A stretch of 64,000 bases of DNA from Bacteriovoracaceae bacterium (GTDB lineage Bacteria; Bdellovibrionota; Bacteriovoracia; Bacteriovoracales; Bacteriovoracaceae), in assembly GCA_048270185.1 (NCBI GenBank), contig JBLWTJ010000002.1:416001-480000 (forward strand), given 5' to 3'. A program made the position numbers and the translations under genes. Below the pieces are notes generated by a model, which was given only the letters and a program-made list of their open reading frames with translations, was not told the DNA's origin and ran no database searches. Below, piece after piece: positions 31,299 through 39,853 of this stretch (positions within the stretch are counted from its first letter, which is position 1; every line of letters begins with the position of its first letter).

Positions 31299-31690
31299 TT
31301 TGACGATTTTTTTGGAGATGGCCGTTGCAGATTACCATCGTTGAAGACGAGTGCTCAATTCTAAGCGACTCTAAGGTATGTGTGATATATGCTCGATCGC
31401 ATTAGGCGCGATGGAATCGTTATTAAAAAAGTCTTTGTGCCACCACGGAGAGAGAGATGAGTAGTAGCACAAAGCTTTGTCGTCAGTAGGAAAGACACTT
31501 CTTTCAGAGAGAGGGACTTCCAGAAGGATGAACCAAAAAAACGGTAAGAGGAGTTTAAATTTAGCAGAACAAAAACTAGAGGCTTACCGACCTTGTTTCC
31601 TACTGACAAATTAAGAATATAAGAAAATCCGAGAACGAGTGTTCAAGTTATGTTAGGTAAAAGTTTTTAATTGTTAAATAATTGTCAAAA
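31299..31690. other. Structured non-coding intergenic element (candidate ncRNA or MITE)
   Basis: Several nested complementary segments (see findings); no credible ORF. Confidence 0.45.
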
Positions 31691-31711
31691 ACACCAAGAG
31701 CAGCGCAGCAT

Positions 31712-33019
31712 TTAAATTAATTCAGCTAAAACTTGATTATCATTGAACTCTTTTAGGATAACTTTATGAATTTGATTCTTTAAATCACCTTCATGATTCA
31801 CTTTGACGCGAATAAAGTTAGAAGTGTAGCCTTCCCATAATCCATTCTTATCTTTCTTTTCAAAAAGAACTTCAGAGGTTTCGCCAATAAAGTCTTCTGC
31901 AAACATATTAAGCTTTGCATCCCCTAACATCATAAGGGTCTTTACACGACTCTTTTTAACTGGATGTTGGATATGATCTTCCATACGTGCAGCAACAGTA
32001 TTCTTTCTCTTTGAATATGGGAAAACATGAAAGTGCGTAAGAGGTAGCTCTTTCATTAAATTAAATGTGTCTTGAAATTGCTCATCTGTTTCACCAGGGA
32101 AGCCACAAATAACATCAGCACCAATTCCAGCATTTGGAAAACGAGATGTGATCTTTGTAATAATCTCTCGGTAATCTTCAACGGTGTACTTTCTCTTCAT
32201 TCCCGAAAGAATGTCGTTATTTCCACTTTGTAATGGTACGTGAAAGTGATCTAAGAACTTAGATGATGAGGCCATATAATCAAGAAGTTCATCAGTGATT
32301 GTATTTGGTTCAACACTTCCCAGACGAATTCTCTCTAGGCCTTCAAGAGCGTTTAATTCTTTTAAAAGATCTAACAGTTTTTCGCCCGAAGTTGTTTCGT
32401 ATTCACCAATATTTACACCAGTAAGAACGATCTCTTTAAAACCTTGTGCAACAACTTCGCGAGCTTCAGTAATTGCCTGTGCAATAGAAACAGCTTTTGA
32501 GCGTCCACGTGCAAATGGAATAATACAAAATGAACAAACGTAATTACACCCGTCTTGAATTTTTAAGAAAGCTCTCGTGTGCCCTTCTTCTTTTGAAGTT
32601 GCAGCACCAAAGAAGTCTTTTGATTTATCAATGTGAATCGCATCGACTTCATCTTCATTTAAGTAATCGAAGACTTTATATTTCTCACTTGTCCCCAAAA
32701 CAAGATCAACCCCTGTCATCTTAGCGATACGAGGAGCATCCATTTGAGCATAACAGCCGGCCACGACAATCTTTCCATCTGGAGAAGCTCTGTGGGCCTT
32801 ACGAATAAGGTTACGACAAGTTGAGTCCGCCCCATCCGTTACAGTACATGTATTAATAAAAGTAACGTCTGCACTTTCACCAAATTCAACAACCTTATAA
32901 CCACGCTCAACAAACCCCTGCGAGATTGTTCCCGTTTCTGAAAAGTTTAAGCGGCAGCCAAGAGTATGAAATGCTACTCTTTTATTTGTTTCTAATGTTG
33001 AATTTACTTCTGTCGTCAC
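31712..33019 (-). CDS. mtaB: tRNA t6A37 methylthiotransferase MtaB
   Basis: TLGCRLNFSE, INTCTVT, AGCYAQ, LKIQDGCNYVCSFCIIP, HVFPYSKR, C-terminal TRAM domain. Confidence 0.93.
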   Translation of the reverse strand: MTTEVNSTLETNKRVAFHTLGCRLNFSETGTISQGFVERGYKVVEFGESADVTFINTCTVTDGADSTCRNLIRKAHRASPDGKIVVAGCYAQMDAPRIAKMTGVDLVLGTSEKYKVFDYLNEDEVDAIHIDKSKDFFGAATSKEEGHTRAFLKIQDGCNYVCSFCIIPFARGRSKAVSIAQAITEAREVVAQGFKEIVLTGVNIGEYETTSGEKLLDLLKELNALEGLERIRLGSVEPNTITDELLDYMASSSKFLDHFHVPLQSGNNDILSGMKRKYTVEDYREIITKITSRFPNAGIGADVICGFPGETDEQFQDTFNLMKELPLTHFHVFPYSKRKNTVAARMEDHIQHPVKKSRVKTLMMLGDAKLNMFAEDFIGETSEVLFEKKDKNGLWEGYTSNFIRVKVNHEGDLKNQIHKVILKEFNDNQVLAELI

Positions 33020-33171
33020 TGAAGTCTACCTTTATAAAGTCCTGTATTAATCGAGTTAAAATAGACTATTGACCTATTTATGGCAACCCAACGGATAAAA
33101 AATACCAGCAGTAAATAAATTTAACTTCCTAAAAAAATTACTATTTTTTACATATTTTTTAAGATTCTATG

Positions 33172-33200
33172 TTGACTTCTGAACCAAGATTACTTATATT
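33172..33200 (+). promoter_or_regulatory. Sigma70 promoter of the tRNA operon
   Basis: TTGACT-N17-TATATT with an AT-rich upstream element. Confidence 0.75.
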
Positions 33201-33221
33201 CTATTTCACCAAAACACAGAT

Positions 33222-33298
33222 GGTCTCTTAGCTCAGTTGGTTAGAGCATCTCCCTTTTAAGGAGAGGGTCCTGCGTTCGAGTCGCAGAGAGATCACCA
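33222..33298 (+). tRNA. tRNA-Lys(TTT)
   Basis: Cloverleaf: acceptor GGTCTCT/AGAGATC, anticodon arm TCTCC-CTTTTAA-GGAGA, T-loop TTCGAGT, encoded CCA. Confidence 0.97.
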
Positions 33299-33340
33299 TT
33301 TTAATGTTTTTTGGTTTCCAAATCCGGGAAATAAGTTAGC

Positions 33341-33418
33341 GCTCCCATCGTCTAGCCCGGTCTAGGACACCGCCTTTTCACGGCGGTAACAGGGGTTCGA
33401 ATCCCCTTGGGAGTACCA
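33341..33418 (+). tRNA. tRNA-Glu(TTC); island integration target
   Basis: Acceptor GCTCCCA/TGGGAGT, anticodon arm CCGCC-TTTTCAC-GGCGG, T-loop TTCGAAT, encoded CCA. Confidence 0.97.
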
Positions 33419-33454
33419 GTTTTATAAAGAAGCCAGACCTAGTCTGGCTTTTTT
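33401..33454 (+). repeat. att copy 1 (tRNA-Glu 3' end plus terminator)
   Basis: 33403-33454 equals 37024-37075 (52 bp); 33401-33426 equals 45493-45518 (26 bp). Confidence 0.93.
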
Positions 33455-33753
33455 GTTTTCTAGCTACGGCGCAAATGAAATTCGGGTGTGCCACTTTAAA
33501 TCCAGCTTTATTGATCCACTATATTATCTATCAAACAAGGCCGTAGAAACAGCTAGTATCCACCGCCAATATTCTCCAGGTACTCTTTCATGATCTTGTT
33601 ATATTCCCTATTCATATTCTGATAAAACTGTTGTTGCTCATTCATAAGGTTTTGCTGATTCATCATATGTATTTGCTGTTGTGAGGCTAATTGGCGTCTA
33701 TATACAGACATTAATTTGTGCAAGAAATATAGTATGGGAAATTTCACAGATAT

Positions 33754-35232
33754 CTAAATTTCATTTTTAAAATACTTTCTCATATATGTTGAAAAGTAAG
33801 ATTCATATTTCTCTCTTAAAAAATTATCTTTATAAACAATTCTTTCCCCTTGGAATATTGCTTCCAAATATTGAGCGAATATCCACTTTCGACTTGCAGG
33901 ATCTTTTTTCAGTGCAATGACTTTATCTAGAATATTTACTATTTCCTCCACTTTTCCATTAGCTAAAATTAAAAGTTTATCGAAATCTTCAATCGAAACA
34001 AAAAACACATTACTTTTCGGTATAACAATATCATCAAAGCTATATTTTTTAGATAATGTTTCACCAATAAATTCATCCCAAGCGTTCTCACTATCTCCAA
34101 GATATAACTCCTTGTAAGTTACAGTGATTAGGTATTTTCTCTCCTTCTCGCTTTTTTTTGCTACATAATTCCCTTGTATAATTGATTTAACTATATTTCC
34201 CTTGTACTGATTCATGAGCACTTCGTCCGTTGGAAATACCTTTACACTAGTAGAAGCCTCTATCCCCTTTGCTTCAATTGATAGAGAGTAATCAAGTCCA
34301 GTCAGCAAGAAGTCCACTTGCTTTTCATATCCTTTTTTCTTCAGATCATTTTCATCAAGAAAGCTTATTCTATAATTAAGTAATCTACTTGTTATGTAAT
34401 TTTCAAATGCATTTAAACCGAAATCTCGAGTAAAGCCGCCCTTGCACTCTAGCTTGAGTACATCATAAATTCCAAACTCCACAAGTTCCTGTATTAAATT
34501 AATATCCCATAAGAAATAATAATCTCCAAGTTTGATAAATGGTTTAAAAACAAATGGTGAATGATCAAACATATCATTTGAAATATTTCTAATTGGAAAA
34601 TCTTCAAAAAAATAATCTATCTTATCTAATTCGAGTGAAAAATATTCTAAAAATTTTTCAATTTTAATTCTTTCAATTTCTACAAATAGTTTTGAAAATG
34701 TTTCAACCTTAACATATTCAATGGGTGTACAAGAAAATAATGTCCAAATAGTAAATACAATATCTTGAAACTCGTTTCTTTCAACCCCACACACTCTTAC
34801 TAATGATTTTGAAAAATGAGCATCCATCTTTGAGTTAACTAATAGTTCACTTGCACGTGCTAATGTACTACTACAAAGCGATTTCTGTCCCCACATTTGC
34901 TGAAAGGACATTCTCCTCATAAATTTAAAAATTCCTTTTCCTTCACCATTTAAAAAGTTTAGTCCGCTATCATTACTAAAGTCTTTGATAGCCATTAAAA
35001 TTTTATTAATAGCTAATATATTAACTTCTTCGTCACCATCAATATTTTTCCAGTCAAATAACACCATCCTAGCTAATAACATTATTTCCCAAGGTACATA
35101 GCCTTTTTTCCAAGCATTTAATTGACTTCTAGAGACATGCAAACTTAATATTAAAAGCTCGTATATCAATTCTTCTCTTCTATATGCTCTTATCATTCTT
35201 AAAATTGGCTGAAATTCCTCTAAGCCTCGCAT
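33754..35232 (-). CDS. Putative defence protein with a C-terminal PD-(D/E)xK nuclease domain (GAPS1-like architecture)
   Basis: FENYI...QVDFLL...SIEAKG catalytic pattern after a long helical N-terminal region; GAGG RBS before ATG 35232. Confidence 0.65.
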   Translation of the reverse strand: MRGLEEFQPILRMIRAYRREELIYELLILSLHVSRSQLNAWKKGYVPWEIMLLARMVLFDWKNIDGDEEVNILAINKILMAIKDFSNDSGLNFLNGEGKGIFKFMRRMSFQQMWGQKSLCSSTLARASELLVNSKMDAHFSKSLVRVCGVERNEFQDIVFTIWTLFSCTPIEYVKVETFSKLFVEIERIKIEKFLEYFSLELDKIDYFFEDFPIRNISNDMFDHSPFVFKPFIKLGDYYFLWDINLIQELVEFGIYDVLKLECKGGFTRDFGLNAFENYITSRLLNYRISFLDENDLKKKGYEKQVDFLLTGLDYSLSIEAKGIEASTSVKVFPTDEVLMNQYKGNIVKSIIQGNYVAKKSEKERKYLITVTYKELYLGDSENAWDEFIGETLSKKYSFDDIVIPKSNVFFVSIEDFDKLLILANGKVEEIVNILDKVIALKKDPASRKWIFAQYLEAIFQGERIVYKDNFLREKYESYFSTYMRKYFKNEI

Positions 35233-35392
35233 GCTAACCTCAATATATAATCCTTCAACAAAATAATTTCTATAATTTAAGTTTTCACTCTCTACACGTC
35301 GCATAATACATGAACAATTTATACCTAACAAAATAAAAAACTATTGAACTAATATCTATTTTTTAATAGAAATATCTACACAAGAGAGAATT

Positions 35393-36508
35393 ATGACAGC
35401 CAGCAAAAAAATAGACTTTTCAATTCACGATCTTTATCAATATTTAGAAAATTCATTTTCTGATAATAATGATTTAGATGTAATATACGTAGAAGACAGC
35501 GATGTAAGTAATACTCAAACACATCTAGTTTTTGAAGCAGCAGTTGGTACTGGTTCTAAAAGACTTAAAGTAAACCTATATGAACGCTTAGATGGAAGTA
35601 AAAACCTTACTGCTCCATCCAGTGGCCCATTAAAAGAAATAGGCGAGCAAATAATTGATCTAATTTATAATAATATTACAACAGTTCCCGTAAAGAATGG
35701 TTCACATGTAGTAAGAGGAACAGAAGAAACTCAAGTCCAATCATTTCTAGAAAAAGTTAAAGCAGCAGGAAACATTGTTGAAATATCAAAAGATGATGAC
35801 TCATTCTTTGTGTTTAAAGTAAACAAGATTAAATGCGGTGAAGTAAAAGTAACGTTCTATCGTACAAATGGAACTATAATGCTTCAAGGGGCTAGTAATA
35901 TATATTTTGGTGAAATTGTATCACACTGCATTGCAGAGCTTGGACACAAATTTGATGAAGCATTTAACTCCATAACAAATTCTGTAGATAATCAGTCTGT
36001 TATTAGTTGGAATGTTAATATACTTGAAAGTAATCTTAAATCAAAGCTAGGCAGTGCTTATGATCAACTTTGGCCCCATGATAAGGAAAGACTAAAAACT
36101 CTACAAATATTCGTCGATAATGATTTGAATTTTCCTGATTATTCAATTTTTGTAGCTTACGTTGGATTTGTTGTTGAAGGTGCAATCAAGTGCTTTTTAG
36201 TAAAGACAGGAATGTATTCAGATGAACAGGTAAGTCGAACAGATTTTAAAATGGCACATCCAGACTGTACAAAACAGGCTCCGTTCCACTTCCCTCAAAC
36301 TAGCTCAGTTAATCCTGTTCTTAACTTTGGACTGCCCAATATTTATGCTAATCTAGAGGGTAAGCTTATTGAGTGCTACCAGTTTTTAAGGACTTATAGA
36401 CATGACTTTAGTCACTCTAGAAAAAATATACAGCTAGTTGCGTCAGAAGCCGATGCGAAGGATAATGTGTTAGATGCATTGGACTTAATAAGAGAGCTAT
36501 TACAATGA
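35393..36508 (+). CDS. RnlA/LsoA-like (RNase LS) HEPN toxin
   Basis: TBP-like segment VTFYRTNGTIMLQG, DYS...VEG and C-terminal HEPN Rx4H motif RHDFSH; 371 aa. Confidence 0.75.
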   Translation: MTASKKIDFSIHDLYQYLENSFSDNNDLDVIYVEDSDVSNTQTHLVFEAAVGTGSKRLKVNLYERLDGSKNLTAPSSGPLKEIGEQIIDLIYNNITTVPVKNGSHVVRGTEETQVQSFLEKVKAAGNIVEISKDDDSFFVFKVNKIKCGEVKVTFYRTNGTIMLQGASNIYFGEIVSHCIAELGHKFDEAFNSITNSVDNQSVISWNVNILESNLKSKLGSAYDQLWPHDKERLKTLQIFVDNDLNFPDYSIFVAYVGFVVEGAIKCFLVKTGMYSDEQVSRTDFKMAHPDCTKQAPFHFPQTSSVNPVLNFGLPNIYANLEGKLIECYQFLRTYRHDFSHSRKNIQLVASEADAKDNVLDALDLIRELLQ

Positions 36509-36888
36509 AACTTGAAAGAGTAAGTTTACCAAATTCAAATTTCTTCTTTGTTGTTCATGACAGCAATAATATTGTTATTTTTGAAAATAAGAATATTCCA
36601 TACACTGGCAATAGCGAGGAGTATATAAAATCCCTATCTGCTTATGATCTAAGCTCTAAGAAAGTTTTTATAGATCAATTGGTAGGCTCAGATATCTCAT
36701 GTTACAGAATTTTAAAGCTAAATGAAAAATCTGCTGTTGAACTTGAATTTCTAACACTACCTAAAAAGATCAAGAGCATGATTAATATGTTTTACAATGA
36801 GGGTGTTGACTTTAAGTACCCTAAATTCTTAGAAAAAACATTTTCGAAGAAAAGAAACAATATTTTAAGTTTCGCACTCTCCTCTTAA
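36505..36888 (+). CDS. RnlB/LsoB-like antitoxin
   Basis: ATGA overlap with the toxin; 127 aa; KVFIDQLVGSDISCYRIL resembles the RnlB core. Confidence 0.62.
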   Translation: MKLERVSLPNSNFFFVVHDSNNIVIFENKNIPYTGNSEEYIKSLSAYDLSSKKVFIDQLVGSDISCYRILKLNEKSAVELEFLTLPKKIKSMINMFYNEGVDFKYPKFLEKTFSKKRNNILSFALSS

Positions 36889-37023
36889 TTAAATAACCAT
36901 CTTTCAATCTTATTCATACTACTAATAAAACTATTCAAGTTTTAATAAAGATATATACTTTAATTAATATAGTAATTAAGAAATAATACCTAAGTAACTA
37001 TGATCATTATAATTTAATACACA

Positions 37024-37076
37024 CCCCTTGGGAGTACCAGTTTTATAAAGAAGCCAGACCTAGTCTGGCTTTTTTT
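37024..37076 (+). repeat. att copy 2 (tRNA-Glu 3' end plus the same terminator)
   Basis: CCCCTTGGGAGTACCAGTTTTATAAAGAAGCCAGACCTAGTCTGGCTTTTTT, identical to 33403-33454. Confidence 0.93.
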
Positions 37077-37097
37077 ATGTCTAAAATCTTCTGCTCG

Positions 37098-38408
37098 TTA
37101 TTTGCTCGTCGATCCTACTTTCGTACTATTCTCATTCATGAAGCCTTCGATATTCTCTAAAGCATCTTTTGTAAGATGAGCTGGACGATCTGTATAGACA
37201 TGCTCCACTAATTCTCTGGTCTTCCAACCACCAACAGCTTGTGCATGCTCAATGCCCATTCTCTCTCGCACGAGGTTTGCCATAGAGTGACGTAGAATGT
37301 GAGTCGAACTAAACTTATGGCCTAATCCTGCATTTCTTAGGGCCTTATTATAACGATAGTGGATCGTTCGATAATTAAGAGGCTGGCCATCTAGATGAAA
37401 GACGAAATCACAGGAAACCTTGTTCCCTGTTCTCATATCTTCTACCTTAGAAGCTTTCCTCTCCTCGAATCGTCTTTTAAGAATAGCAAAAAGTCTTGAA
37501 GTCATAAAAACATTTCGATCTTCACCATTTTTAGGACAATCCTTTATATACTGAAATGATTTTTGTGGTCCCCAGACAGCTACATTTTCAATCTCAATGA
37601 TCCCATCCACAAAGTCGACACTTTCCCATTGAAGCCCTGCAACTTCTTGCACCCTACCAGAAAAATAAAATTGAACTTCGGCCAAATCACGCCAGAAGAT
37701 ATCGTCTTTTTCCAATTCTTCAAAAAAAGAAATGAGTTCATGCCTGCGCATTTTCTTCTTTCTTTTGGGAACTTTTCTAATAAGACCCTCTTGCTTATGT
37801 CTTTTAAGAATTGGATTAACAAATTGTGCATCAATATTTTCTCGATACCAATTAAGTACTGCTTTTAGACATTTAAGGTCATCATTAAAATTGTATCTTC
37901 TACTCTGAGGATTATTTATCGCCTCTTCCTTTTTATCCATTAGATATTCGGAAATATAGCTTGCTGTCATTTCAACCATAGGCCTAGACATCATTCCCTT
38001 TAAAAAGAGCTTTCCATTTTGTACTCGTCTATCAAAGGTTGATTTCTCTACTGTGACGAGGTGTTTAGAGACATAAAGTTCCCAAACATCACTAAAGGAG
38101 TAACCAAAATCATTACCATTTTTCATTTTAATGGTGTCATGCCTTTTTATTTCCTTTCCTAAACTTGAAAGTCGCTGGACAAGCTTTCCTTTTTTAAGTT
38201 TGCTTAAAGGAGTTAAATTAAGACTTGGATGGAAATTTTTCTTCCAATCCGCCGCCTCCTCTAACGTCTTAAAGGACGAATAATATCTCTTTCCTCTGAT
38301 ATATTTTTGCACGAGGAAAGTTCCATTAACTAAATCCTTTCTAATCCCTTTTACATCTTTATACGATACTGAAACGTATCTTCGTTTTTTTTCTGTTTTA
38401 TTGTTCAT
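37098..38408 (-). CDS. Tyrosine recombinase / integrase
   Basis: Catalytic R (GRVQE), K (PKNG), HxxR (HILRH), W (GGW), Y (HVY); adjacent to att. Start ATG 38408 after AGGAG, overlapping the upstream stop. Confidence 0.95.
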   Translation of the reverse strand: MNNKTEKKRRYVSVSYKDVKGIRKDLVNGTFLVQKYIRGKRYYSSFKTLEEAADWKKNFHPSLNLTPLSKLKKGKLVQRLSSLGKEIKRHDTIKMKNGNDFGYSFSDVWELYVSKHLVTVEKSTFDRRVQNGKLFLKGMMSRPMVEMTASYISEYLMDKKEEAINNPQSRRYNFNDDLKCLKAVLNWYRENIDAQFVNPILKRHKQEGLIRKVPKRKKKMRRHELISFFEELEKDDIFWRDLAEVQFYFSGRVQEVAGLQWESVDFVDGIIEIENVAVWGPQKSFQYIKDCPKNGEDRNVFMTSRLFAILKRRFEERKASKVEDMRTGNKVSCDFVFHLDGQPLNYRTIHYRYNKALRNAGLGHKFSSTHILRHSMANLVRERMGIEHAQAVGGWKTRELVEHVYTDRPAHLTKDALENIEGFMNENSTKVGSTSK

Positions 38409-38668
38409 TAACAATCTCCTTGTAATACCCATTCAAGGATTTCGTTAGGAACGAAAAACAAAAACTTACCTTTTTTCCTTCTCGGAATCTTCTCATCTGA
38501 ACACAGATTATAGATATGTCCTACAGAACAATCTAAGAATCTTGCTACATCGCTTACACGCCATATTCTTTTTTTAAAGAGCTGTTCTTCTTCTCGGAAG
38601 AAACTACTTTTTTCTATGCTATTTTCTACTTCATTGCAATTATTAAACCCTCTAATCACACTATCCAT
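38408..38668 (-). CDS. Helix-turn-helix excisionase/AlpA-like protein
   Basis: WRVSDVARFLDCSVGHIYNLCSDEKIP..K.GK.LFF...ILEW; translationally coupled to the integrase. Confidence 0.85.
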   Translation of the reverse strand: MDSVIRGFNNCNEVENSIEKSSFFREEEQLFKKRIWRVSDVARFLDCSVGHIYNLCSDEKIPRRKKGKFLFFVPNEILEWVLQGDC

Positions 38669-38698
38669 ACTACTCCAATTTTACGTATTACTAATCTT

Positions 38699-38822
38699 GG
38701 CCCGCTCTAACTTACTGAAATATTACCCCCGTCTAAATTGACCTCCTCCACACTACTGGTTGAGTGGGGGAGGTCAATTTCGTAAGGGGGATTTCTAAGT
38801 AAGTTTAAATACTTTGCGGGCC
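38699..38822. repeat. Long imperfect inverted repeat (124-nt hairpin)
   Basis: Nested pairs GGCCCGC/GCGGGCC, AACTTACT/AGTAAGTT, GAAAT/ATTTC, CCCCC/GGGGG, AAATTGACCTCCTCCAC/GTGGGGGAGGTCAATTT. Confidence 0.85.
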
Positions 38823-38891
38823 ATAATTTTTACCATCCACCTTAATCGCCTCTTAGACGCTTCGTAATCCCTCTCTAATCGCCGGTCATAC

Positions 38892-39626
38892 TCAGATCAA
38901 TCGCTCGCCGAAAGTGTTCGTAAAATTGAAGTTATATTGAAAGTTGTAATAGCCAGTCGTATCCTCTAGATTAATTTTTCCTTTCACCAAATGTGGATTA
39001 TGGCAGAATATAAATAGATCTGAATGCTGTGTTTCTAAATGCTCTTGGAAGACTTCTACATACTTTTTCAAAATAGATTCTTCAGGAAAGAAAAAGATAA
39101 CATAATCGAATGTGTCATCTTTTATGAATTTATAATATTTATTTTGAATACGCGTCGAAGACTTTTGAGTTAGCTCTAACTCTACTGCCATTTTCACATT
39201 ATCATCGGCTTGAGTAATCACCTCTAAGACTCCATCAGGATAGTATCCTCCATCTGATCTATCGTAGCTAAAATCTCGATAGACGTGTTCAAGATCAAAC
39301 TCATTAACATTCTTACGTAGACGAAGTTCTCTAATCAACTCAACCATTCTAGTATCGTGAAACATACTGTGATGGTTTGGTGTAAATTTTCCTCCTTTCA
39401 ATAACAATTCGTTTCCAAGCTCAGTCGCAAATATATATTTTTTGCGACTGAAGTAATCCCTATAACCTTGCACAAGGCCCTTTTTCTCTAGGCCTCTCAT
39501 AACCTTATTGAACGTCTTATACGTTCCTTGGTAAATTGATTCTTCAAATAGATTCTCTAGTGTTAGAATTTTCCACTTAATTAGTGGTCTTAAAAGTTGT
39601 AAATGTACTGGGTTGATTTGAATCAT
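38892..39626 (-). CDS. Replication-relaxation family-like protein (wHTH plus PD-(D/E)xK-like domain)
   Basis: wHTH N-terminus (MRGLEKKGLV...YIFATELG), HxxxHD, PDG...AVELELTQKS..R...KY. Confidence 0.7.
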   Translation of the reverse strand: MIQINPVHLQLLRPLIKWKILTLENLFEESIYQGTYKTFNKVMRGLEKKGLVQGYRDYFSRKKYIFATELGNELLLKGGKFTPNHHSMFHDTRMVELIRELRLRKNVNEFDLEHVYRDFSYDRSDGGYYPDGVLEVITQADDNVKMAVELELTQKSSTRIQNKYYKFIKDDTFDYVIFFFPEESILKKYVEVFQEHLETQHSDLFIFCHNPHLVKGKINLEDTTGYYNFQYNFNFTNTFGERLI

Positions 39627-39853
39627 AACGTCGATAAGTTTCTCCTTAAAAATCGTGAATAAACATGAGAAACAAGGTCTTACCGAAGTAATAAATGAGC
39701 TGTCAAACGCCTGATTTCGCTTACATCTTACATTTGAGGTATTTTTGCTAGTGCCTGACATCTCTAGAAATCTCGGGACATCTCCAGACAGGTCAAAGTG
39801 CTGTAAGAAAAAAAATTAAAAAAATTTTTCTTACACTTATATAATTGTATCTT

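Noticed and set aside
31440..31530. Glycine riboswitch or RNase P RNA
   Set aside because: Has GGAGAGA, CTTTCAG and GGAAAG fragments, but their order and the surrounding consensus do not fit, and it is not upstream of a co-oriented gene.
33553..33747. 64-aa Gln/Asn-rich ORF in module 1
   Set aside because: No clear start or RBS; possibly a gene remnant, but the resemblance to the tail of 39854-40486 is too weak to call.
37024..37040. Additional tRNA genes at 37024 and 45493
   Set aside because: Only the 3' end of tRNA-Glu is present; these are att repeats.
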